DNA of 37,372 nt from Nemertoderma westbladi (lineage: Eukaryota > Animalia > Xenacoelomorpha). This document shows positions 1 through 12,900 of the stretch, piece after piece (within the stretch, counting starts at the first letter, position 1; every line of letters starts with the position of its first letter). A program made the translations under genes and the position numbers. Location: contig JAUCBJ010005997.1 in assembly GCA_032718475.1 (NCBI GenBank), positions 1 through 37,372 of the forward strand. Direction: 5' to 3'. The notes beneath the pieces were generated by a model that ran no database searches, was not told the origin of the DNA, and saw only the letters and a list, made by a program, of their open reading frames with translations.

Positions 1-1577
1 ACCGCAAACTAAAACTGTATTTTTTCTATTTAACTTGCACTTCTGTTTTGTAATGTGGCGGCTGGGTGTTAGTTGCAGTGGTATATCACTGAAATAAGAC
101 ACTATTATCTAGGAAGTGGCGAACTGTATGTTGTACGGAAAATTATAAATCTTTTAATATAATTTCGATTTTGACACTGAGTTCGAATGTTTTTCCCCAA
201 TACAACTGGAATACGCCCTGAGATTTCTCTTTGTTAACCTTGCCAATTATAATGCGTGTAGATACTGAGTTCTATTGTATAAGTTGGTTGTAAACAACAA
301 ACTGCTGGTTGAGATTGGTTCGCATTTGTTCCACACAATAGGATAATGAGGCTTATTTTGCTTTACTTTCCGTTTTACCTTCCTTTGAATGGATTTAGAT
401 AAGATAATCTATATTGAATTCCTCTTTCACTCATTCCTCTTTCACTCAATAGCCTGCGAATGTCGGTGGAAAATTGATCATTTTTTTAGCTTATTTTAAT
501 GTGAGTCAATTTTCTATACGATGGGGATTCGCCTTTCTAAACAGCAGGTGTCGTCCAATTTTGTTCAGGGTTAATTGGTTTAGCTATCATGCACATAATT
601 TACTTGATTAATTTATCCCTAATAGAGATAATGGATATTCGGATATGATAGGATATCACAGGACATTTTTCTAAAATATTCATTTTTCTTTGCCGAAGGA
701 GCGTTGATTGTAGTGTTATTAAACATCAGTAACAGCTCAGTCGGGCGAATAGGTATTCTTATTAATATTCGGAACAGGAAGTAATGTTTTAAGTTTTCAG
801 AAATGAACATTTGGCGTTATTTTTTACCACAGAGGATTATGGATAACATATGGCCAAGACTCGTGTGAGGATTTATTGTGATGTAGTGGTACAGAAATCG
901 CGGTATAGCGGTGAAAGGCATTCGTTAATAATAAGTATTCATATACTGTAGGGAGTATAGAGGAAGTATACTGTTTGGTCGTTGGAATAGGAAGTACTTC
1001 ACTTAAAAGTGGATCGGCATGTTGTGTGCATGGGTCATTGCCTAATCATTGCTACGTAATTTCCTGTTGCAAGAAAGAACTCTTGTCGGTTCTCCAGTAG
1101 GCAGCACTGCTGTTGCGAATTTAGTGTTAATATTCGAAAATATCGGTCAGTTCAGGAATGAATGAACGTATTTTATGTATAGGTTGAATAAAAAGTCAAT
1201 TATAATTAATTCTTGTGTTGCTATTTGCTTGAAAATTTAATATTTTCAATGTTGCGAATTTATTTTTTTACTAACACCATTGCATTGTGTAATGCACATA
1301 ACTGAGGCGAACGTACGACAAATATTTGGACTTGACTATTTAAAATTCTTTTGTTAATGTTCTGTTACCAGTAATATTGGATATACAGGAACGATAGGCA
1401 ATATTTTCTTACTTTCGAGATGTGTAAATTCTGAAGCTGTGTGTTTAATGAGTTATATATCCTTACAAAAAATTATGTTCGCAAATCCTGTAGGCTTACC
1501 TATAGTATACCTTGCAGCTTTGTCTACCCTCTTCTATTGATGCTTCAATGTCTCATGATATAACGATTTATCGCAAG

Positions 1578-3551
1578 ATGTTACGCTTTGTGTATTTGTT
1601 TATTTTGGTTAAATATATTTATTTATGTTTTTATGGTCATGCATCTGCGGCATTAAGTTTTGAAGATCCTACCTACGCGTCCGCAGTGAATGCTTCTTAC
1701 CACCAGTACTGTATCATTGGTGCAGGTCCTTCTGGAATCCAGATGGCGTATTTCCTCCAGAAAGCCAACCGCGATTACATCGTCTACGAACAGAATTCTA
1801 TTAGTGGTTCTTTCTTTGTCAAATACCCAAGACATCGAACTCTTATTAGCATCAACAAGAGATTCACAGGACAGACTAATAAAGAGTTTAATTTTCGTCA
1901 TGATTGGAACTCCTTAATTAGTGATGATGAAAATCTATTATTTACGAAATATTCGAAGAAATTTTTTCCTGATGCTGATGATATGGTCACATATCTAAAT
2001 GATTTTTCTCAAAAGTTCCAACTTAATATTCAATACAACACTAGAGTGAAGGATATCTCCGCCTACCTCATAAATAATGAGTTGAATCTCACTTTAAACA
2101 ACGATACCAAGTACAAGAAGGAACACCCCGACTACTTCTCCAATGACACCAATTTGTCTTATAGGTATATTTTTAGTGACCAAAATGATGTCATATACAC
2201 ATGCGGTTTGTTGCTTGTGGCAACAGGGTGGTCTAAACCGAATATTCCTGCTGACATTTTTGATGATGACAATTTGTTAACGTCATATGACGACATGAGC
2301 TTAGATACTGACATATACGAAGGAAAGACTGTACTAATACTTGGTAAAGGGAATAGCGCATTCGAGACTGCAGATCATATAATGGGTGTTGCTGGTGCTA
2401 TACACATGGTCAGCAACTCTAGAGTTGCACTGGCATGGCAAACTCACTATGTTGGTGACCTTAGAGCGGTCAACAACGGTTTGATCGATACATACCAATT
2501 GAAATCATTAAATGGTATAATTGAAGGCCCTCTAAATAATTTGGGTTTTGGGCGGTGTTTCAAAGATAAAATATGTGTTTATGACATGAGTGAATCTGAT
2601 GCGATGGATGAAATTTTAACAACTGATTTTGATAACGGCGCTATTCGTCACGGACATGATATTGTAATTCGATGTCTCGGTTTTACTTTTGATTTTGACA
2701 TATTTCAGAGGCGAGCCAAACCTAACCCAGCTGCAACAGGCGGTGGTCTATCTAAATTTCCTGCAATCGATGCGAGGTATATATCGATTCCTGGTATGTA
2801 TATACTAGGTCCATTGGCTCATTCATTAGATTACAAGATATCTGCCGGTGGCTTCATCCATGGCTTCCGTTACACCACACGTGCATTGTCTCGTCTCTTG
2901 GAGTTTGAGTTCCACTCTGTAGTCTGGCCTTCAATCACTTCTAAATTAAATCACCTGGAGAATCATATTGTAAAAAGAATAAATGAAATGAGTGGTCCAT
3001 ATCAGATGTTTGGTGTTCTGGGTGAAGTTATACTCATTGATACTATCAACAACGAGTTTACACACTTCGAAGAGTTTCCTGTAAAGTTAATAGATCAGTT
3101 TGAAGAAACCACAGGCCACTTATTGAGGAACCGATCTTTAATTGTTGTTACATTGGAATATGGGGCAAATTTCTCCCATCCTGGTGCGGATACTATGAAT
3201 AATGATAGAGCGAAAGGGGTTGATCCTCATCTCGCATGGGATGCTAACTTTTTGCATCCTGTATTTTATTATTACAAAAGTCTGCCCACTTCTCTTGATA
3301 TGGAGACCATTAATGAAAAGGCAATACTACCAATCCCAGACGATGTTATGATGCTTGCTGAGGACTTTCTTACAGAATGGAACAGCCCCAACTCTCATAT
3401 TCTTCAATTGCGGAGATGGTTGGAAAAGATTACTAGTTCGAACCGGAGACATTATTCTAGTACGTCTTGTTTCGAAATGTCGTTACATTCTATTAAACCT
3501 CCATCTGGGTGTAAATCGTATCTAAACGGTGAAGGATTATGGCTCCATTGA
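1578..3551 (+). CDS. FOXRED2: FAD-dependent oxidoreductase domain-containing protein 2-like (FOXRED2/ERFAD), paralogue A
   Basis: Uninterrupted ORF. Hydrophobic N-terminal signal-like segment (MLRFVYLFILVKYIYLCFYGHASA), FAD motif GAGPSG, YPRHRTLISINKR, RHDWNSL, ATG motif, NADPH motif GKGNSA, WQTHYVGDLRAVNN, SAGGFIHGFRYT and FLHPV, all characteristic of FOXRED2. The ORF-track start (1512) is TTG; in-frame ATGs lie at 1548 and 1578. Confidence 0.9.
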   Translation: MLRFVYLFILVKYIYLCFYGHASAALSFEDPTYASAVNASYHQYCIIGAGPSGIQMAYFLQKANRDYIVYEQNSISGSFFVKYPRHRTLISINKRFTGQTNKEFNFRHDWNSLISDDENLLFTKYSKKFFPDADDMVTYLNDFSQKFQLNIQYNTRVKDISAYLINNELNLTLNNDTKYKKEHPDYFSNDTNLSYRYIFSDQNDVIYTCGLLLVATGWSKPNIPADIFDDDNLLTSYDDMSLDTDIYEGKTVLILGKGNSAFETADHIMGVAGAIHMVSNSRVALAWQTHYVGDLRAVNNGLIDTYQLKSLNGIIEGPLNNLGFGRCFKDKICVYDMSESDAMDEILTTDFDNGAIRHGHDIVIRCLGFTFDFDIFQRRAKPNPAATGGGLSKFPAIDARYISIPGMYILGPLAHSLDYKISAGGFIHGFRYTTRALSRLLEFEFHSVVWPSITSKLNHLENHIVKRINEMSGPYQMFGVLGEVILIDTINNEFTHFEEFPVKLIDQFEETTGHLLRNRSLIVVTLEYGANFSHPGADTMNNDRAKGVDPHLAWDANFLHPVFYYYKSLPTSLDMETINEKAILPIPDDVMMLAEDFLTEWNSPNSHILQLRRWLEKITSSNRRHYSSTSCFEMSLHSIKPPSGCKSYLNGEGLWLH

Positions 3552-3679
3552 TTCCTCGTAGTTTATCAAACTCCTCGGTTTTTGATCATGTACATATATT
3601 ACCAAATATATTAATTATGTAATTTAAATAGGACGTGAATGAACAACTGTGATAGCAAATGGTGCAAAAGTAGGAAATC

Positions 3680-3753
3680 ACCACCAGTGGGGTTCGAACC
3701 CGTGTCTCATAAAATAAACCTTCAGGTATTTCTGACCACTACACCACGGAAGC
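3680..3753 (-). mobile_element. tRNA-derived SINE head or decayed tRNA pseudogene
   Basis: Minus strand: A-box TGGTGTAGTGG (3746-3736) and B-box GGTTCGAACCC (3700-3690) with tRNA-like spacing; acceptor and anticodon stems do not pair well. Confidence 0.6.
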
Positions 3754-4145
3754 TCGTATATCTTGTTGTAATAGCGTTGTAATAAGTAACCTTACGGTTA
3801 TTATTTGATACAGACCGTCATTACGGGTGGATTTATTGTGTCATCTCAATACATTTGCAGTAATAACTTGTACCGTAATGGTACTGCAAATTAAATGCAA
3901 ATTATTGTTTTAACATCCATAAAATTTATTAATTATATTGTTTAGATCCAAAGTCCTGTTAAAATTACTTAATAATGTATATTTGTTAACAAAATATATT
4001 ATCATATCAAATAAATAGTGTGTCGGACCTAACTTTATACGACTTTGGTTTGTTTGTTTCTTTGTAATGAGTTTGATCAGAGTAGATTATAATGAATAAT
4101 ATAAAAGCCTCGATATTTAATATAAAATTTTTTAAATAATCTTAA

Positions 4146-7100
4146 TCTATATTTCTGATAGCTCTTTACAATACCACAGTATTTGGGGCACATTATAGCT
4201 CTTTACAATACCACAGTATTTGGGCCACATTATCGCTCTTTACAATACCACAGCATTTGGGCCACATTATCGCTCTTTATAATACCACAGTATTTGGGCC
4301 ACATTATCGCTCTTTACAATACCACAGTATTTGGGGCACATTACCGCTCTTTACAATACCACAGTATTTGGGGCACATTATCGCTCTTTACAATACCACA
4401 GTATTTGGGCCACATTACCGCTCTTTACAATACCACAGTATTTGGGCCACATTATCGCTCTTTACAATACCACAGTATTTGGGGCACATTATCGCTCTTT
4501 ACAATACCACAGTATTTGGGGCACATTATCGCTCTTTACAATACCACAGTATTTGGGCCACATTACCGCTCTTTACAATACCACAGTATTTGGGCCACAT
4601 TATCGCTCTTTACAATACCACAGTATTTGGGCCACATTATCGCTCTTTACAATACCACAGTATTTGGGCCACATTATCGCTCTTTACAATACCACAGTAT
4701 TTGGGCCACATTATCGCTCTTTACAATACCACAGTATTTGGGGCACATTATCGCTCTTTACAATACCACAGTATTTGGGGCACATTATCGCTCTTTACAA
4801 TACCACAGTATGTCGGCCACATTATCGCTCTTTACAATACCACAGTATTTGGGGCACATATCGCTCTTTACAATACCACAGTATTTGGGGCACATTATCG
4901 CTCTTTACAATACCACAGTATTTGGGCCACATTACCGCTCTTTACAATACCACAGTATTTGGGCCACATTATCGCTCTTTACAATACCACAGTATTTGGG
5001 GCACATATCGCTCTTTACAATACCACAGTATTTGGGCCACATTATCGCTCTTTACAATACCACAGTATTTGGGGCACATTATCGCTCTTTACAATACCAC
5101 AGTATTTGGGCCACATTATCGCTCTTTACAATACCACAGTATTTGGGCCACATTATCGCTCTTTACAATACCACAGTATTTGGGGCACATTATCGCTCTT
5201 TACAATACCACAGTATTTGGGGCACATTATCGCTCTTTACAATACCACAGTATGTTGGGCACATTATCGCTCTTTACAATACCACAGTATTTGGGGCACA
5301 TTATCGCTCTTTACAATACCACAGTATGTTGGGCACATTATCGCTCTTTACAATACCACAGTATTTGGGCCACATTATCGCTCTTTACAATACCACAGTA
5401 TTTGGGGCACATTATCGCTCTTTACAATACCACAGTTTGTTGGGCACATTATCGCTCTTTTCAATACCACAGTATTTGGGGCACATTATCGCTCTTTACA
5501 ATACCACAGTATTTGGGCCACATTATCGCTCTTTACAATACCACAGTATTTGGGGCACATTATCGCTCTTTACAATACCACAGTATTTGGGCCACATTAT
5601 CGCTCTTTACAATACCACAGTATTTGGGCCACATTATCGCTCTTTACAATACCACAGTATTTGGGCCACATTATCGCTCTTTACAATACCACAGTATTTG
5701 GGCCACATTATCGCTCTTTACAATACCACAGTATTTGGGCCACATTATCGCTCTTTACAATACCACAGTATTTGGGCCACATTATCGCTCTTTACAATAC
5801 CACAGTATTTGGGGCACATTATCGCTCTTTACAATACCACAGTATTTGGGCCACATTATCGCTCTTTACAATACCACAGTATGTTGGGCACATTATCGCT
5901 CTTTACAATACCACAGTATTTGGGGCACATTATCGCTCTTTACAATACCACAGTATTTGGGCCACATTATCGCTCTTTACAATACCACAGTATTTGGGGC
6001 ACATTATCGCTCTTTACAATACCACAGTATTTGGGCCACATTATCGCTCTTTACAATACCACAGTATTTGGGCCACATTATCGCTCTTTACAATACCACA
6101 GTATTTGGGGCACATTATCGCTCTTTACAATACCACAGTATTTGGGCCACATTATCGCTCTTTACAATACCACAGTATTTGGGGCACATTATCGCTCTTT
6201 ACAATACCACAGTATTTGGGCCACATTATCGCTCTTTACAATACCACAGTATTTGGGCCACATTATCGCTCTTTACAATACCACAGTATTTGGGCCACAT
6301 TATCGCTCTTTACAATACCACAGTATTTGGGCCACATTATCGCTCTTTACAATACCACAGTATTTGGGCCACATTATCGCTCTTTACAATACCACAGTAT
6401 TTGGGCCACATTATCGCTCTTTACAATACCACAGTATTTGGGGCACATTATCGCTCTTTACAATACCACAGTATTTGGGCCACATTATCGCTCTTTACAA
6501 TACCACAGTATGTTGGGCACATTATCGCTCTTTACAATACCACAGTATTTGGGGCACATTATCGCTCTTTACAATACCACAGTATTTGGGCCACATTATC
6601 GCTCTTTACAATACCACAGTATTTGGGGCACATTATCGCTCTTTACAATACCACAGTATTTGGGCCACATTATCGCTCTTTACAATACCACAGTATTTGG
6701 GCCACATTATCGCTCTTTACAATACCACAGTATTTGGGGCACATTATCGCTCTTTACAATACCACAGTATTTGGGCCACATTATCGCTCTTTACAATACC
6801 ACAGTATTTGGGGCACATTATCGCTCTTTACAATACCACAGTATTTGGGCCACATTATCGCTCTTTACAATACCACAGTATTTGGGCCACATTATCGCTC
6901 TTTACAATACCACAGTATTTGGGGCACATTATCGCTCTTTACAATACCACAGTATTTGGGCCACATTATCGCTCTTTACAATACCACAGTATTTGGGGCA
7001 CATTATCGCTCTTTACAATACCACAGTATTTGGGCCACATTATCGCTCTTTACAATACCACAGTATTTGGGGCACATTATCGCTCTTTACAATACCACAG

Positions 7101-10100
7101 TATTTGGGCCACATTATCGCTCTTTACAATACCACAGTATTTGGGGCACATTATCGCTCTTTACAATACCACAGTATTTGGGGCACATTATCGCTCTTTA
7201 CAATACCACAGTATTTGGGGCACATTATCGCTCTTTACAATACCACAGTATTTGGGGCACATTATCGCTCTTTACAATACCACAGTATTTGGGCCACATT
7301 ATCGCTCTTTACAATACCACAGTATTTGGGGCACATTATCGCTCTTTACAATACCACAGTATTTGGGCCACATTATCGCTCTTTACAATACCACAGTATT
7401 TGGGGCACATTATCGCTCTTTACAATACCACAGTATTTGGGCCACATTATCGCTCTATACAATACCACAGTATTTGGGGCACATTATCGCTCTTTACAAT
7501 ACCACAGTATTTGGGGCACATTATCGCTCTTTACAATACCACAGTATTTGGGGCACATTATCGCTCTTTACAATACCACAGTATTTGGGGCACATTATCG
7601 CTCTTTACAATACCACAGTATTTGGGCCACATTATCGCTCTTTACAATACCACAGTATTTGGGGCACATTATCGCTCTTTACAATACCACAGTATTTGGG
7701 GCACATTATCGCTCTATACAATACCACAGTATTTGGGGCACATTATCGCTCTTTACAATACCACAGTATTTGGGCCACATTATCGCTCTTTACAATACCA
7801 CAGTATTTGGGGCACATTATCGCTCTTTACAATACCACAGTATTTGGGGCACATTATCGCTCTATACAATACCACAGTATTTGGGGCACATTATCGCTCT
7901 TTACAATACCACAGTATTTGGGGCACATTATCGCTCTTTACAATACCACAGTATTTGGGGCACATTATCGCTCTTTACAATACCACAGTATTTGGGGCAC
8001 ATTATCGCTCTTTACAATACCACAGTATTTGGGGCACATTATCGCTCTTTACAATACCACAGTATTTGGGGCACATTATCGCTCTTTACAATACCACAGT
8101 ATTTGGGGCACATTATCGCTCTTTACAATACCACAGTATTTGGGGCACATTATCGCTCTTTACAATACCACAGTATTTGGGGCACATTATCGCTCTTTAC
8201 AATACCACAGTATTTGGGCCACATTATCGCTCTTTACAATACCACAGTATTTGGGGCACATTATCGCTCTTTACAATACCACAGTATTTGGGGCACATTA
8301 TCGCTCTTTACAATACCACAGTATTTGGGCCACATTATCGCTCTTTACAATACCACAGTATTTGGGGCACATTATCGCTCTTTACAATACCACAGTATTT
8401 GGGGCACATTATCGCTCTTTACAATACCACAGTATTTGGGGCACATTATCGCTCTTTACAATACCACAGTATTTGGGGCACATTATCGCTCTTTACAATA
8501 CCACAGTATTTGGGCCACATTATCGCTCTATACAATACCACAGTATTTGGGGCACATTATCGCTCTTTACAATACCACAGTATTTGGGCCACATTATCGC
8601 TCTTTACAATACCACAGTATTTGGGGCACATTATCGCTCTTTACAATACCACAGTATTTGGGCCACATTATCGCTCTATACAATACCACAGTATTTGGGG
8701 CACATTATCGCTCTTTACAATACCACAGTATTTGGGGCACATTATCGCTCTTTACAATACCACAGTATTTGGGGCACATTATCGCTCTATACAATACCAC
8801 AGTATTTGGGGCACATTATCGCTCTTTACAATACCACAGTATTTGGGCCACATTATCGCTCTTTACAATACCACAGTATTTGGGGCACATTATCGCTCTT
8901 TACAATACCACAGTATTTGGGGCACATTATCGCTCTATACAATACCACAGTATTCGGGGCATATTATCGCTCTTTACAATACCACAGTATTTGGGCCACA
9001 TTATCGCTCTTTACAATACCACAGTATTTGGGGCACATTATCGCTCTTTACAATACCACAGTATTTGGGGCACATTATCGCTCTATACAATACCACAGTA
9101 TTTGGGCCACATTATCGCTCTTTACAATACCACAGTATTTGGGGCACATTATCGCTCTTTACAATACCACAGTATTTGGGGCACATTATCGCTCTTTACA
9201 ATACCACAGTATTTGGGGCACATTATCGCTCTTTACAATACCACAGTATTTGGGGCACATTATCGCTCTTTACAATACCACAGTATTTGGGGCACATTAT
9301 CGCTCTATACAATACCACAGTATTTGGGGCACATTATCGCTCTTTACAATACCACAGTATTTGGGGCACATTATCGCTCTTTACAATACCACAGTATTTG
9401 GGGCACATTATCGCTCTTTACAATACCACAGTATTTGGGCCACATTATCGCTCTTTACAATACCACAGTATTTGGGCCACATTATCGCTCTTTACAATAC
9501 CACAGTATTTGGGGCACATTATCGCTCTTTACAATACCACAGTATTTGGGGCACATTATCGCTCTTTACAATACCACAGTATTTGGGCACATTATCGCTC
9601 TTTACAATACCACAGTATTTGGGCCACATTATCGCTCTTTACAATACCACAGTATTTGGGGCACATTATCGCTCTTTACAATACCACAGTATTTGGGGCA
9701 CATTATCGCTCTTTACAATACCACAGTATGTTGGGCACATTATCGCTCTTTACAATACCACAGTATTTGGGCCACATTATCGCTCTTTACAATACCACAG
9801 TATTTGGGGCACATTATCGCTCTTTACAATACCACAGTATTTGGGGCACATTATCGCTCTTTACAATACCACAGTATTTGGGGCACATTATCGCTCTTTA
9901 CAATACCACAGTATTTGGGGCACATTATCGCTCTTTACAATACCACAGTATTTGGGGCACATTATCGCTCTTTACAATACCACAGTATTTGGGGCACATT
10001 ATCGCTCTTTACAATACCACAGTATTTGGGGCACATTATCGCTCTTTACAATACCACAGTATTTGGGCCACATTATCGCTCTATACAATACCACAGTATT

Positions 10101-11952
10101 TGGGCCACATTATCGCTCTTTACAATACCACAGTATTTGGGGCACATTATCGCTCTTTACAATACCACAGTATTTGGGGCACATTATCGCTCTTTACAAT
10201 ACCACAGTATTTGGGGCACATTATCGCTCTTTACAATACCACAGTATTTGGGCCACATTATCGCTCTATACAATACCACAGTATTTGGGGCACATTATCG
10301 CTCTTTACAATACCACAGTATTTGGGCCACATTATCGCTCTATACAATACCACAGTATTTGGGGCACATTATCGCTCTTTACAATACCACAGTATTTGGG
10401 CCACATTATCGCTCTATACAATACCACAGTATTCGGGGCACATTATCGCTCTTTACAATACCACAGTATTTGGGGCACATTATCGCTCTATACAATACCA
10501 CAGTATTCGGGGCATATTATCGCTCTTTACAATACCACAGTATTTGGGCCACATTATCGCTCTTTACAATACCACAGTATTTGGGGCACATTATCGCTCT
10601 ATACAATACCACAGTATTCGGGGCATATTATCGCTCTTTACAATACCACAGTATTTGGGCCACATTATCGCTCTTTACAATACCACAGTATTTGGGGCAC
10701 ATTATCGCTCTTTACAATACCACAGTATTTGGGGCACATTATCGCTCTATACAATACCACAGTATTCGGGGCATATTATCGCTCTTTACAATACCACAGT
10801 ATTTGGGCCACATTATCGCTCTTTACAATACCACAGTATTTGGGGCACATTATCGCTCTTTACAATACCACAGTATTTGGGGCACATTATCGCTCTATAC
10901 AATACCACAGTATTTGGGCCACATTATCGCTCTTTACAATACCACAGTATTTGGGGCACATTATCGCTCTTTACAATACCACAGTATTTGGGGCACATTA
11001 TCGCTCTTTACAATACCACAGTATTTGGGGCACTTTATCGCTCTTTACAATACCACAGTATTTGGGGCACATTATCGCTCTATACAATACCACAGTATTT
11101 GGGGCACATTATCGCTCTATACAATACCACAGTATTTGGGGCACATTATCGCTCTTTACAATACCACAGTATTTGGGGCACATTATCGCTCTTTACAATA
11201 CCACAGTATTTGGGGCACTTTATCGCTCTTTACAATACCACAGTATTTGGGGCACATTATCGCTCTATACAATACCACAGTATTTGGGGCACATTATCGC
11301 TCTATACAATACCACAGTATTTGGGGCACATTATCGCTCTTTACAATACCACAGTATTTGGGGCACTTTATCGCTCTTTACAATACCACAGTATTTGGGG
11401 CACATTATCGCTCTATACAATACCACAGTATTTGGGGCACATTATCGCTCTATACAATACCACAGTATTTGGGGCACATTATCGCTCTTTACAATACCAC
11501 AGTATTTGGGGCACTTTATCGCTCTTTACAATACCACAGTATTTGGGCCACATTATCGCTCTTTACAATACCACAGTATTTGGGGCACATTATCGCTCTT
11601 TACAATACCACAGTATTTGGGGCACATTATCGCTCTTTACAATACCACAGTATTTGGGGCACATTATCGCTCTTTACAATACCACAGTATTTGGGCCACA
11701 TTATCGCTCTTTACAATACCACAGTATTTGGGCCACATTATCGCTCTTTACAATACCACAGTATTTGGGGCACATTATCGCTCTTTACAATACCACAGTA
11801 TTTGGGCCACATTATCGCTCTTTACAATACCACAGTATTTGGGGCACATTATCGCTCTTTACAATACCACAGTATTTGGGCCACATTATCGCCTTTTACA
11901 ATACCACAGTCCTAAAAATGGCGGGGCCAGCGAGATTGCACTGATGTGCTAG
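4146..11952 (+). mobile_element. Possible non-autonomous Helitron-like element hosting the 37-bp array
   Basis: A|TCTATAT at 4145-4152, 12 bp before the array; GC-rich tail with imperfect hairpin (11921-11943) and CTAG|T at 11949-11953, about 40 bp after it. Matches Helitron A-TC...CTRR-T termini, but these motifs are short. Confidence 0.4.
4158..11910. repeat. 37-bp tandem satellite array, about 209 copies, consensus CACATTATCGCTCTTTACAATACCACAGTATTTGGG(G/C)
   Basis: Directly visible head-to-tail repeats without spacers; very homogeneous, with a few recurrent point variants and rare 35-36 bp units. Confidence 0.99.
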
Positions 11953-12121
11953 TAAGTGCTGCACCCTTACTACTTTTAATTACCAAACCAGTTGATATAA
12001 TTATTAATACTGTAACAATTAAACAGAATAATTAAATTTAATTATTAATTATTAATTATAAATTACATGTTGTGTCCATGAGGGGCGTGGAGGGGGGATT
12101 TGATACAGCAATGGCCTCGCG

Positions 12122-12532
12122 GATTGATTGGGGTCCAGAGTGCGGTGGAATGGAGGCCATGTTGCCGATGATTGGGGCCCATATGGTGCGGTGGAATGGA
12201 GGCCATGTTGCAGATGATTGGGGTCCATGGTGCGGTGGAATGGAGGCCATGTTGCCGATGATTGGGGTCCATGGTGCGGTGGAATGGAGGCCATGTTGCA
12301 GATGATTGGGGTCCACGGTGCGGAGGAATGGAGGCCATGTTGCAGATGATTGGGGCCCATCATGGTGCGGTGGAATAAAGGCCATGTTGCCGATGACTTT
12401 GGTCCATGGTGCGGTGGAATGGAGGCCATGTTGCAGATGATTGGGGTCCATGGTGCGGTGGAATGGAAGCCATGTTGCAGATGATTGGGGCCCATATGGT
12501 GCGGTGGAATGGAGGCCATGTTGCCAATGATT
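12122..12532. repeat. 44-bp (44-47) G-rich minisatellite, about 9 copies, GATGATTGGGGTCCATGGTGCGGTGGAATGGAGGCCATGTTGCA
   Basis: Unit starts at 12167, 12213, 12257, 12301, 12345, 12392, 12436, 12480 and 12526; degenerate copy upstream from about 12070. Confidence 0.95.
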
Positions 12533-12632
12533 TAGGTTGTTGGTTACCCATTATACTTTAAGCAGGGACACTGCAGTCTCAGGGCCGGCATGAACAACTG
12601 ACTCGCCGGTCTACCTAGTGCAACAGTTAGCG

Positions 12633-12900
12633 ATCCAGGTAGGGGGAGGGGGGGGGGGGGGGGGGACTGGACGCAATAAATATTAATCCCTCTCCAGGGG
12701 AAATTTGACGCAAACAACAGCTGATTACTCTCAAAAATAAAACTGTAACCTGTTCTATTGTGCTTAGTTTATTGTTTTGGTTAAAAGAGCGTGCCACTGT
12801 AACCTGCTCCTTTCCCTAGATTGTGAATTTAATATTGAGGTGGGATATTAATTCGCCAAGGCGGGATTTGCGTCCAATTTCCCCCCCTGTCTCCCTCGAT
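12633..12900. mobile_element. Degenerate MITE-like element with imperfect terminal inverted repeats
   Basis: G-run plus ACTGGACGCAA at left versus TTGCGTCCAATTTCCCCCCC at right; internal segment 12740-12817 is shared with 27043-27070 (reverse) and 29170-29240. Confidence 0.5.

Noticed and set aside
3680-3753. Functional tRNA gene
   Set aside because: A/B boxes are present but acceptor, anticodon and T stems are poorly paired.
4158-11910. CRISPR array (37-bp repeats)
   Set aside because: Repeats are head-to-tail with no unique spacers, there are no cas genes, and the context is eukaryotic.
4183-11952. Three ORFs of about 2500 aa as real genes
   Set aside because: They arise from a stop-free 37-bp unit, start at TTG, overlap in all three frames and have no unique domain.
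12052-12551. Pro/His-rich ORFs
   Set aside because: Translations of the 44-bp minisatellite in multiple frames.
12583-12611. HDV-like ribozyme (begins GGCCGGCATG like genomic HDV)
   Set aside because: Only 15 nt separate the P1 strands, too few for P2, P3 and L3; better explained as a simple terminal hairpin.
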